DNA of 64,000 nucleotides, from assembly GCA_003139795.1 (NCBI GenBank), contig PLGM01000350.1, positions 10,160 through 74,159 on the forward strand, read 5' to 3'. How positions within the stretch are numbered: the first letter of the stretch is position 1; each line of letters opens with the position of its first letter. Below are positions 18,802 to 26,158 of the stretch, piece after piece. Source of the DNA: Acidobacteriaceae bacterium. Its GTDB lineage: Bacteria > Acidobacteriota > Terriglobia > Terriglobales > Acidobacteriaceae. The translations under genes and the position numbers were made by a program. The notes below the pieces were generated by a model. The model had not been told where the DNA came from and made no database searches. It saw only the letters and a program-made list of their open reading frames with translations.

Positions 18802-19824
18802 TTATTTCTGATTCTGTTTGGTTTCTTCCTTGGCTTTTTGTGCGGCTAGCTTTTCTTGTGCGTCCAGGGCGCGGGCCTGGGCGTCGAGGCCGTTGGTCGG
18901 GTCCCGATGGAAGAACTTCCGCGAGATGTCGGGCCAGAACTCCTGGAAAAGTGAGCCCGCGCCGCCCTCGGCGGTGACGGTCAATCCGTTGGTGATGGTC
19001 TGACCAAAGCCGGAGGTGCCGGAGGGATAGTAGAGATTGGAGATGGCGCCGGAGATGATGTTGCCGGCAACGTTGGAGTAGTTGGGCTCCCACCTGTGTG
19101 TGTTGTCGTGTTTACAGATGACATTGGTGGCCAGGGCATAGAGCAGGCGGTGGGTTTTGGCTCCATGGCCGAGGCGGAAGTAGCGAGGGTCCTGGTGCAG
19201 GATCGCGGGCAGGATGCCATTGCCGATGATGGCGCCGTCGAAGGCGTCAAGATAAGCCGCCCCCGACCTTTTTCCGAAACCCTCGGCGCCCCAACCGAAT
19301 CCGGTATCGTCGTCAAGGGCCTCGTGGTAGCCGGCGACCAGAACCGCGGCGCCAAAGGCGACCGGATCGGTCGCGGAACGGAAAGCGAGCTTCATTTTCT
19401 GGCTTGCCGTCAATGAGACGGCGTCGCTGCGGTACGAGGTATTGAAGGCGGGCACAATCCCCAAGACCCGCTGTTTCTCCTCCTCCTTGATCTGCTCGTC
19501 GGCTTTTTGGTGCTGGCTTTCTTCCGCGCCGGGCTGCTGAGCGGCGCTTTGGGAGCTGGAACTGCCCTGGGCTGCGGGGCTCTGTGCCGGCGTGGAACTC
19601 GGGGCCGGCTGTGGGGTGGTCTGGCTTTGCGTGGCTGGGTTCTGTTGATCGGGGGACTGGTCAGCGGCAGGCGCGGACTGCGGCTGGGGAGCGTCAGGAA
19701 GCTCTGCAGCGGCAGTAACGACGGGGGCGGAGCGCGGTTCCTGCGAAAAAAGAGCACATGGCAGCGCCAAAAGGGCGACGCCGGTGAAAAATGTTGCAGA
19801 AAGAAGACGAGAGGCCAAACGCAT
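18802..19824 (-). CDS. exported hypothetical protein with P/Q/S-rich linker
   Basis: ATG 19824 gives signal peptide MRLASRLLSATFFTGVALLALPCALFSQ. A ~90-aa low-complexity P/Q/S/A tract follows, then a globular C-terminal domain. No recognisable motif. Confidence 0.6.
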   Translation of the reverse strand: MRLASRLLSATFFTGVALLALPCALFSQEPRSAPVVTAAAELPDAPQPQSAPAADQSPDQQNPATQSQTTPQPAPSSTPAQSPAAQGSSSSQSAAQQPGAEESQHQKADEQIKEEEKQRVLGIVPAFNTSYRSDAVSLTASQKMKLAFRSATDPVAFGAAVLVAGYHEALDDDTGFGWGAEGFGKRSGAAYLDAFDGAIIGNGILPAILHQDPRYFRLGHGAKTHRLLYALATNVICKHDNTHRWEPNYSNVAGNIISGAISNLYYPSGTSGFGQTITNGLTVTAEGGAGSLFQEFWPDISRKFFHRDPTNGLDAQARALDAQEKLAAQKAKEETKQNQK

Positions 19825-20067
19825 CCATTCACCAGTTGTGGAGTCGGCGCCCGCCTGGGTAGGTCCGCCTGGAAAGGCGAATCGAATCGGATCGGGCCGG
19901 ACCGAGCTCAAGGGGGCTATCTTGACGATAAATCACCCCCTTGGCGCAGTTGCTGTTGGGCGCGTCCAGCAGGGCTCCGTTTCATTGCGGGTACACGATC
20001 CCCTTCTGTTAGACGCAATTGAGCGCTCCGCGGACACAGAGATTTGCGCTGGGCAGCTCTGGGCAAA

Positions 20068-20088
20068 CCCAACGCCGGTCGGGTTGGG
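20068..20088 (-). terminator. candidate terminator of the pspA operon
   Basis: CCCAAC...GTTGGG stem just past the pspA stop. On the minus strand it is followed by TTTGCCC. Confidence 0.4.
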
Positions 20089-20091
20089 CCT

Positions 20092-20754
20092 CTATTGGGC
20101 CGTCTGGCGGCTCTTGATCTCCTTCAAGAGCAGTTCGACCTTGTCTTCGCTCTCCAGGGCCTGAAAGCGATCTTCGAGCGTCTCGGGGGACAGGACTTCG
20201 CAGGCGGCGGCATTTTCGGCGGCTTTGATGCGGACGCGGCTCTTCAACCGGCCCATGGCGTGATCCTGGTCAACGCCGACGACCTGGCGGGCCTGGGTGG
20301 CGCGGCCTACGACCTTGGCGCGGCGGTGCTCGGCCACCAGCATCTCGCAGTGGGCACGGGTCTCGTTCAGCTTCTGGTCCAGCTTGTGCAGGGCCTGGCG
20401 CAGATTGTCGGCCTCGTGCTTCTGGTCTTCGGCCTGTTCGGTAAAGCCCTGGACCAACTGGTCGTTGCTCAGGGCGCGTTCGAGGGCGGCGCGGGCCAGG
20501 TCGTCGTGACCCTTCTGCACCGCCAACTCGGCCTTGCGGCGCCATTCCGCGGCCTGCTCCAGGTGCTCGGTACGCTTTCTTTCCAGCAGGTGCTCGTCGG
20601 CAATGGCGATGGCGACCTGGGTCTTTACCTGGAGCAACTGGTTCTCCATGTCCAGGACGATCTGTTTCAACAGCCGCTCGGGATCCTCGGCCTTTTCCAC
20701 CAGGTCGTTGAGATTCGCGCGGAGCAGGGTGCTTACTCTCTCCAGCAGTGCCAT
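20092..20754 (-). CDS. pspA: PspA/IM30 family protein
   Basis: 220 aa, coiled-coil. MALLERVSTLLRANLNDLVEKAEDPERLLKQIVLDMENQL is the canonical PspA N-terminus. Confidence 0.9.
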   Translation of the reverse strand: MALLERVSTLLRANLNDLVEKAEDPERLLKQIVLDMENQLLQVKTQVAIAIADEHLLERKRTEHLEQAAEWRRKAELAVQKGHDDLARAALERALSNDQLVQGFTEQAEDQKHEADNLRQALHKLDQKLNETRAHCEMLVAEHRRAKVVGRATQARQVVGVDQDHAMGRLKSRVRIKAAENAAACEVLSPETLEDRFQALESEDKVELLLKEIKSRQTAQ

Positions 20755-20770
20755 GGGGTTCTCTCCTTTT

Positions 20771-20804
20771 CAGCCTTCAGCTTCTAGCCTCCAGCTCCTA
20801 GCTC
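20771..20804 (-). repeat. short-period repeat; on the mRNA strand a purine-rich run of SD-like units upstream of pspA
   Basis: The minus strand reads GAGCTAGGAGCTGGAGGCTAGAAGCTGAAGGCTG, followed by AAAAGGAGAGAACCCC-ATG. Confidence 0.6.
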
Positions 20805-20852
20805 TTTTTGTTGACAACCGGCAGTTGTGCTTCCTTTGTTCATTCAGCCACT

Positions 20853-20894
20853 CAGCCTCCGGCTCCCACTCGACCGGCTGGGAGCCAGAGGCTG
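20853..20894. repeat. 16-bp-stem hairpin between flotillin stop and pspA start
   Basis: CAGCCTCCGGCTCCCA (20853-20868) pairs with TGGGAGCCAGAGGCTG (20879-20894), 15/16 bp, 10-nt loop. No U-run follows on the minus strand. Confidence 0.6.
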
Positions 20895-20911
20895 AAGGCT
20901 GGCGGCTATTT

Positions 20912-22318
20912 CTATTTCTCTTGCGGTTTCTCCTTCATGGCCTTGACGTTGGACATTAGTTGCTTGATGTCCATGCCGCTGAGGGCCTCAAACAGCGCCG
21001 GGACCTGGGCGGCGATGCGGGTCATGTCGCCGGTGATCTTGTGGACGCCGGCAGCGTCGTCGTTGCCGGTGGAGACGATGGTGATCTTGTCCACCTTGCT
21101 GAGCGGCTCGGCCATGGCGCGGACGACGTCGGCCATGTTGGTGAGCAGCTTGTCGACCACCGCGGCCTGGTTCCACTGCTGGTAGGCTTCGGCCTTGACG
21201 CTCATGGCCTTGGCTTCGGCTTCGCCTTTCTGGAAGATGATGCTGGCCTCGGCTTCGCCCTGGGCGCGGATGGCGGATGCGCGGCCCTCGGCTTCGACGG
21301 TCAGGCGCGACTTCTCTGCATTGGCCAGGTTCTCAATGCGCTGGCGCTCGATTTCGGCGGCCTTGAGGACGGTGGCGATGAGCTGCTTTTCGTTGCGCAG
21401 GATTTCCGCTTCCTGAACCTTGATCTGGCCCTCCTTTTCCACCTGCTGCACCTTCACCTGCTCGGCGGTGACCTGCTGCAACATGACGTTGGTCTGCAAC
21501 TCGTAAGCCTTGTCGGCCGTGGCCTGCTGGCGACGGCTCTGCTCGGAGTATTGCGCCTTCTTGATCTCCAGATCGCGCTGCGCCTCTGCCTGGCGGGTTT
21601 GCGAGGCGGTCTCGGCGATGACCCGCTCCTGGTCAGCCTGGGCTTTGGCCACCGCGGACTCGCGGAGGGCAGTTGCGCGGCGGATGGCGGTGTCGCGCTC
21701 GGCCTCGGCCGTGGCCATTTCCGCGTCGCGCTTGATGCGGGCCACGTCGGGGCGGCCCATGTTGGAGATGTACTCGTTCTTGTCGCGGACTTCCTTGATG
21801 GTGAAGGAGATGACCTCCAGGCCCATCTTGCTCATGTCTTCCGCGCAGGTGGCGCGCATCCGTTCGCCCACCATCTCCGGCTCCTTGACGATCTGCTCCA
21901 CGGTCAACTGGCCGATGATTCCGCGCAGGTGGCCTTCCATCACCAGGCGGATGAGGCCCTCGCGCTGGGGCGGCGCCTTGGTGAGGAACTGCTCGGCCGC
22001 GGTGAGGATGGAGGCCTGGTCGCTGCGCACCTTGATCTGCGCAACTGCCTCGACGGTTACGGCGACGCCCTGCTTGGTATAGAGGTCCTGCTGCGGGGCG
22101 ACGTCGAAGCTCATCAGCTCCAGGCTCAGCTCGCGGCAGTTCTCCACCATGGGAAAGATCACTGTGCCGTGGCCCTTGATAACGCGGGGGCCGCGGAATC
22201 CGTAGACAATCAAGGCCTCGTTGGGTCCGGCCTTGCGGTACATCCTGGCCACCAGGCCGAGGATCATGATCAGCGCCAGTATGCCTAGTCCGACAATCAG
22301 AACAATTTCATTGGTCAT
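20912..22318 (-). CDS. flotillin / SPFH (band 7) family protein
   Basis: 468 aa. An N-terminal TM helix is followed by the SPFH domain (GPNEALIVYG...VIFPMVE...) and a long A/E/Q-rich coiled coil, as in FloT/YqiK. Confidence 0.9.
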   Translation of the reverse strand: MTNEIVLIVGLGILALIMILGLVARMYRKAGPNEALIVYGFRGPRVIKGHGTVIFPMVENCRELSLELMSFDVAPQQDLYTKQGVAVTVEAVAQIKVRSDQASILTAAEQFLTKAPPQREGLIRLVMEGHLRGIIGQLTVEQIVKEPEMVGERMRATCAEDMSKMGLEVISFTIKEVRDKNEYISNMGRPDVARIKRDAEMATAEAERDTAIRRATALRESAVAKAQADQERVIAETASQTRQAEAQRDLEIKKAQYSEQSRRQQATADKAYELQTNVMLQQVTAEQVKVQQVEKEGQIKVQEAEILRNEKQLIATVLKAAEIERQRIENLANAEKSRLTVEAEGRASAIRAQGEAEASIIFQKGEAEAKAMSVKAEAYQQWNQAAVVDKLLTNMADVVRAMAEPLSKVDKITIVSTGNDDAAGVHKITGDMTRIAAQVPALFEALSGMDIKQLMSNVKAMKEKPQEK

Positions 22319-22364
22319 TGCAATCCCGGCCCTTTCGCCCGGGAGGTGAGCGGTGGATGGTTAA

Positions 22365-22433
22365 GTGCCAGTCATCAGTTGTCAGTTGCCAGTTGCCAGT
22401 CATCCGTTGTCAGTCTTCAGTTGTCAGTTGCCG
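22365..22433 (-). repeat. short-period CTGACAAC/CTGGCAAC repeat tract upstream of the flotillin gene
   Basis: The minus strand reads GGCAACTGACAACTGAAGACTGACAACGGATGACTGGCAACTGGCAACTGACAACTGATGACTGGCAC. It contains a 22-mer identical to 23954-23975. Confidence 0.8.
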
Positions 22434-22475
22434 GCTATTGCAGCCTGTAACCGATCACTGATCGCCGACTCCCGA

Positions 22476-22595
22476 TCACTGCCTGGAGCCGGCGTTGCGG
22501 CCGGTCCTGGGAAAGACTTTGGCCAGCAATCCCAGCAAAAAGATGCCTACCAGGATGGCCATGTCTGCTATCAGCACGGTGGTGTCGGTGGTCAT
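22476..22595 (-). CDS. unlisted 39-aa single-TM micropeptide between NfeD and flotillin
   Basis: My own translation is MTTDTTVLIADMAILVGIFLLGLLAKVFPRTGRNAGSRQ*. It starts 25 nt after the NfeD stop, has a weak AAAGGA upstream, and combines a hydrophobic core with a basic tail. It is below the ORF-track length cut-off. Confidence 0.4.
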   Translation of the reverse strand: MTTDTTVLIADMAILVGIFLLGLLAKVFPRTGRNAGSRQ

Positions 22596-22619
22596 GAGGC
22601 CCCGGTCCTTTCAGCCGGG

Positions 22620-23369
22620 TCAGGGAACAGGGATTAGGGAACAGGGAACAGAAGTGCGCGTCCTACGCTCTTGGTTGCCAGGGAAACTAGCCGGACCTGT
22701 TCCCTGTTCCCTCGTTCCCTGTTCTTGGCCTATCTCCGGCAGGTCTTCCCAGCGGCGAACATAGGCGATTCCTTTTTCGTAACGGACGACGAAGACCTCT
22801 TCCTGTTTTTGAATGGGTACGCCGTCCTCGGAACGCGCCGGGGCAGAGCGGAGCGCACCGAGTTGTTCGTAGACCATCTCTCCGGTACCGGCGGCCCGGA
22901 TGGGCGCCGAGACGCGGCCCACGACGCCGATGACTGCCGTTTCGTCGGCGGTGAGTTCGCGCTCGTGGGGGAGCAGGACCTTGGCGAGAAAGAAGAAGAC
23001 GATGGCTCCTCCGGCCACGCCGCAGACCAGGGCCAGCACCACGACGACCGCAGCGACAAAGCTGCCGTAGCGCGTGAGCAGGTAGCCGGCGGCGCCAAAC
23101 CAGCAGAGAAAGACCATGATGGAAAAGGCATTCCACCAGGGAACAGTAGCGGTTCCCTGAGCTGATGGCTGGCCGGGCGCGGTCTGCGGGACGTAGGCGG
23201 CGTGCGGGAGTCCGTGCGGAATGTGGGCGACGGTGGGGATGTGGACCGGGTGGGGCATATGCGGCGCGTGGATGTGCCAGCCGATGTGGCCCATGCCGCC
23301 CAGCAGCGAGAGGGCGCTGAGCAGCAGTCCAACGACAAAGCAAACGAGATAGAACAGTTCCCAGGTCAT
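22620..23369 (-). CDS. NfeD-like membrane protein (YqiJ/YuaF-like; TM region + C-terminal OB fold)
   Basis: The N-terminal TM region has a His/Pro-rich loop, followed by further TM helices. The C-terminal region VIGVVGRVSAPIRAAGTGEMVYE...VFVVRYEKGIAYV looks like an NfeD OB fold. ATGA start/stop overlap with the XRE gene. Its position upstream of flotillin is the classical pairing. Confidence 0.8.
   Translation of the reverse strand: MTWELFYLVCFVVGLLLSALSLLGGMGHIGWHIHAPHMPHPVHIPTVAHIPHGLPHAAYVPQTAPGQPSAQGTATVPWWNAFSIMVFLCWFGAAGYLLTRYGSFVAAVVVVLALVCGVAGGAIVFFFLAKVLLPHERELTADETAVIGVVGRVSAPIRAAGTGEMVYEQLGALRSAPARSEDGVPIQKQEEVFVVRYEKGIAYVRRWEDLPEIGQEQGTREQGTGPASFPGNQERRTRTSVPCSLIPVP
22623..22724. 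repeat. GGGAACAG-period inverted repeat (long hairpin) overlapping the NfeD 3' end and stop codon
   Basis: GGAACAGGGAACAG (22638-22651) is the perfect complement of CTGTTCCCTGTTCC (22697-22710). The arms extend imperfectly to ~27 bp, with a 45-nt loop. Confidence 0.85.
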
Positions 23370-23944
23370 TTTTGCGTACCGTGATTTCGTGCTTCGGGCT
23401 TGCGTGCTTCCGGCTTGCGTGATCCAGTCTGCCTTGCGCTGGGTCTCTGCGCCTTCAAGTCCAGGGGTCTGGGTTCAAGTTTGGGGCGCAGCACTTCAGT
23501 GAGGCGCGGCATCAGGCCCGGCGTCTGAAGAATCGCTTCGAGCAGCAGCAGGCATTCGCGGGAGCGCTCGTAGCGGGCCAGGGTGAGCAGGGCGGCCATT
23601 AGCTCGGGGTCGCGGCGGAAGCGCTCGGCGCCGGAGACGAGCCAGAGGTCGAGCTTGTCTTCGAGCGAGCGCAGGTCGCTTTGCAGCTCGGGGTGGTAGC
23701 CTTCGGGGTCGTCGACCAGGTAGCCGGGGTGGACCTTGAAAAATTTGGCCAGAATCTGGCGCGTGGTGTTGGTCAGGTGGGGGCGGGCGCCGCTCTCGAT
23801 CTGCGAGAGGTAGCTCTGGCTGAGCTTGGAGCCGGTTTCGGCTTCGATGGCGCGGACCGTCTCCTGCTGGCTCAGGTCGCGGTCAAGGCCCCGGATGCTG
23901 CCCTCAACTTCGCGCAAGTAACGGATTTTCTCGCCGAGCTTCAT
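23366..23944 (-). CDS. XRE-family HTH transcriptional regulator with C-terminal helical domain
   Basis: MKLGEKIRYLREVEG...LSQSYLSQIESGARPHLTNTTRQILAKFF is an HTH_XRE (Cro/C1-type) domain. First gene of the operon. Confidence 0.85.
   Translation of the reverse strand: MKLGEKIRYLREVEGSIRGLDRDLSQQETVRAIEAETGSKLSQSYLSQIESGARPHLTNTTRQILAKFFKVHPGYLVDDPEGYHPELQSDLRSLEDKLDLWLVSGAERFRRDPELMAALLTLARYERSRECLLLLEAILQTPGLMPRLTEVLRPKLEPRPLDLKAQRPSARQTGSRKPEARKPEARNHGTQK
23388..23421 (-). repeat. 15-nt tandem duplication inside the XRE gene 3' end
   Basis: CGTGCTTCGGGCTTG / CGTGCTTCCGGCTTG (plus strand) encodes the duplicated peptide RKPEA-RKPEA. Confidence 0.85.
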
Positions 23945-23953
23945 GGTTGACCA

Positions 23954-23975
23954 GTTGTCAGTCTTCAGTTGTCAG
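23954..23975 (-). promoter_or_regulatory. 22-nt motif CTGACAACTGAAGACTGACAAC abutting the XRE start codon, identical to 22406-22427
   Basis: Exact 22/22 identity between the two sites. This copy ends 9 nt upstream of ATG 23944, and no SD sequence lies in between. Confidence 0.35.
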
Positions 23976-24032
23976 CCACCAGCGGAAGAACGACTTTCTT
24001 GCCCTGACCCCCCGCTGCCAGCTTCACTTGCC

Positions 24033-24109
24033 TGCAATGGTAGCGCCTTTCGGCCGGCGGTCCATTGCAATATGCAATAGGTATATCGCAATCTGCAATA
24101 AATTGCAAG
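24033..24109. promoter_or_regulatory. array of (T/C)GCAAT hexamers in the AT-rich divergent XRE/VOC intergenic region (candidate operator/promoter)
   Basis: TGCAAT at 24033, 24066, 24073 and 24094; CGCAAT at 24087; TTGCAAG at 24103. ATTGCAAT (24064-24071) is a perfect palindrome. Confidence 0.35.
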
Positions 24110-24211
24110 AGGGTTTGGAAAAATATTTTTGCCGAGGGATTTTGGTTCGAAATTCCGCGGGTTGGGCGTGCAGAGTGGGCTTCACGTCAACTTTGCGAGG
24201 AGAGCGTTTCC

Positions 24212-24562
24212 ATGCCCAATCCGGTTCTGCATTTCGAGATTATCGGGGAGAACCAGCAACTGCTGAACAACTTCTACAGTGGCGTATTCGACTGGCGGAT
24301 CGACCCGATCATGGATGAATATTCGCTGGTCAAAACGGGCTCGGGCAGCGGCGGGGGCATTGGCGCCATGAAGGAAGCCCGGCGTCATGTCACTTTTTAT
24401 GTTGAGGTTGCGGATGTGGCGGCTGCGTTGGCCCTGATCGAGAGCAAGGGCGGAAAGCTCGCGTTCGGGCCGCATCCGGTACCCACCGGCGCCATCATCG
24501 CAGGGTTCACCGATCCCGAAGGTCACCTGGTGGGGCTGGTGCAGCAGCCGGTGAAGCAATAA
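24212..24562 (+). CDS. VOC (glyoxalase/bleomycin-resistance/dioxygenase) family protein
   Basis: ATG 24212 follows GAGGAGAG. MPNPVLHFEIIGEN...FYSGVFDW...GFTDPEGHLVGLV is typical of small VOC proteins. Confidence 0.8.
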   Translation: MPNPVLHFEIIGENQQLLNNFYSGVFDWRIDPIMDEYSLVKTGSGSGGGIGAMKEARRHVTFYVEVADVAAALALIESKGGKLAFGPHPVPTGAIIAGFTDPEGHLVGLVQQPVKQ

Positions 24563-24571
24563 ACCGGCCCT

Positions 24572-26038
24572 TCACGCCGCAAAATCGATAAATCCCCGCT
24601 GGGGGTCGGTGGAGATCAGCTTGACGGTGACCTTGTCGCCTACGTCGAGGCCCTTGCCGCCCTGGACGAGCATTCCATCCACATGGGGGTCAAGAGTCCG
24701 GACGAAGGTGCCGTACTTGTTGACGCCGGTGACGATGGCGGGGAAGCTCTGCCCGATGCGGGGGTGGAGGACGACGGCGGCGATGCGCTTCTGCATCTCG
24801 CGCTCGACCTTGCGGGCGGCGTCTTCCATCAGCGTGCAGCGGACGGCGATGGCGTTGAGGTCGCCTTCGGAGTAAGGCTGCGGCGCTTTCGCGAGCCAGG
24901 CCTTGAGGAGGCGCTCCGCGACCATGTCGGGGAAGCGCCGGTTGGGGGCGGTGGAGTGGGTGTAGTCCTGTACGGCCAGGCCGAAGTGGCCGGGGGAAGG
25001 CTCGTTGGGCTTGACCAGGACGTACTCGCCGGGACCCATGAGCTTGATGACCGTGAGAGACAGATCCGGGAAGTGATCCGGGTCCTTCTGCTTCTGGGCG
25101 AGCAGGAAGTCGTTGAGGGCCTTGGAGTCGGGCTGGGCGGGCAGCGTTGTGCCCAGGCCGGCGGCCACTTCGACGATGCGGTCCCAGCGCTTGGGCGTGC
25201 GGACGATGCGGCGGATGGAGGCTACGCCGGCCTGCTCGAAGGTGCGGGCGATGACGCCGTTGGCCGCCACCATGAACTCCTCGATGAGCGACGTGGCGCG
25301 GTTCTTCTGCAGGCGGGTGATGTCCACCACCTCGCCGGCCAAGGTCACGGGAGTGGTTTCGATGGTTTCAAGATCGAGCGCGCCGTGCTGGAAGCGGCCG
25401 CCCACCATGCGCTGAGCCGCCGCGTCCTGGAGCTTGAGCTGGGCGGCCAGATCGGCGCTGGCGGCTACCTTGGCGGGGGGTGGACCGGAGCCTTCGAGCC
25501 AAGCGCCGACGCCGTTGTAGGCCAGTTGGGCGCGGTTGCGGACCAGGGCGCGGTAGGCTTTGCCATCGGAGGCCGTGCCGGCTTGGTCCACGGCAAACTC
25601 GACGACCAGCGCCACGCGATCTTCGTTCTCGTTAAGCGAGGTAATGCCCTCGGAGAGCTCGGCGGGCAGCATGGGAAAGACTTTGACGCCCGTATAAACT
25701 GAGGTCGTCTCGCCGCGGGCGTGGCTGTCGATGACCGTGCCCAGGCTGACGCGGGCGTCCACGTCGGCGACGGCGATGAGCACGCGGATGCGGCCATCGG
25801 GCAGCGGCTCGGCCCACTCGATCTGGTCCAAATCTTTCGATGTGTCGTTGTCGATGGAGGACCAGAGCAGGCCGCGCAGGTCCTGAATGCCGGGGACGGC
25901 GGGCGGCTCGGGATGGGCCTGAATGGCGGCTAGCTGGGAATCGGTTCCGGCGGGAAAGTCGGGCTGGAAGCCGTGCTCGAGCATGGAGGCGTGGGCGGCG
26001 GCGACAAGATTGAAGTGCAAAGGTTGGCTGGAATGCAT
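24572..26038 (-). CDS. RNB-domain 3'-5' exoribonuclease (RNase II/R family, short form) with C-terminal S1 domain
   Basis: The DNDTSKDLDQIEW region, the RNB core and the C-terminal IVTGVNKYGTFVRTLDPHVDGML (S1) are present. At 488 aa it lacks the N-terminal cold-shock domains. Confidence 0.85.
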   Translation of the reverse strand: MHSSQPLHFNLVAAAHASMLEHGFQPDFPAGTDSQLAAIQAHPEPPAVPGIQDLRGLLWSSIDNDTSKDLDQIEWAEPLPDGRIRVLIAVADVDARVSLGTVIDSHARGETTSVYTGVKVFPMLPAELSEGITSLNENEDRVALVVEFAVDQAGTASDGKAYRALVRNRAQLAYNGVGAWLEGSGPPPAKVAASADLAAQLKLQDAAAQRMVGGRFQHGALDLETIETTPVTLAGEVVDITRLQKNRATSLIEEFMVAANGVIARTFEQAGVASIRRIVRTPKRWDRIVEVAAGLGTTLPAQPDSKALNDFLLAQKQKDPDHFPDLSLTVIKLMGPGEYVLVKPNEPSPGHFGLAVQDYTHSTAPNRRFPDMVAERLLKAWLAKAPQPYSEGDLNAIAVRCTLMEDAARKVEREMQKRIAAVVLHPRIGQSFPAIVTGVNKYGTFVRTLDPHVDGMLVQGGKGLDVGDKVTVKLISTDPQRGFIDFAA

Positions 26039-26158
26039 GAGGAATCGGGCTCCTTGAGTGCGAAAGGCCAGCCTACCACGGCGGAGCTTCCGCGCGATTG
26101 GGAACCGGTTAAGCGTTGCATGCGTACACTGCCTTAGTAACGGCTGTGTGGAGGCGTC

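Noticed and set aside
20960-22288. 442-aa ORF antisense to the flotillin gene
   Set aside because: Low-complexity G/A/L/D composition mirroring the A/E/Q coiled-coil codons of flotillin. No start context or motif.
22365-22637. 90-aa plus-strand ORF and a possible CRISPR-like array across the CAGTTG/GTCAGT repeats
   Set aside because: The repeats have a 6-8 nt period with no unique spacers of CRISPR size, and no cas genes are present. The ORF is simply read through low-complexity repeats.
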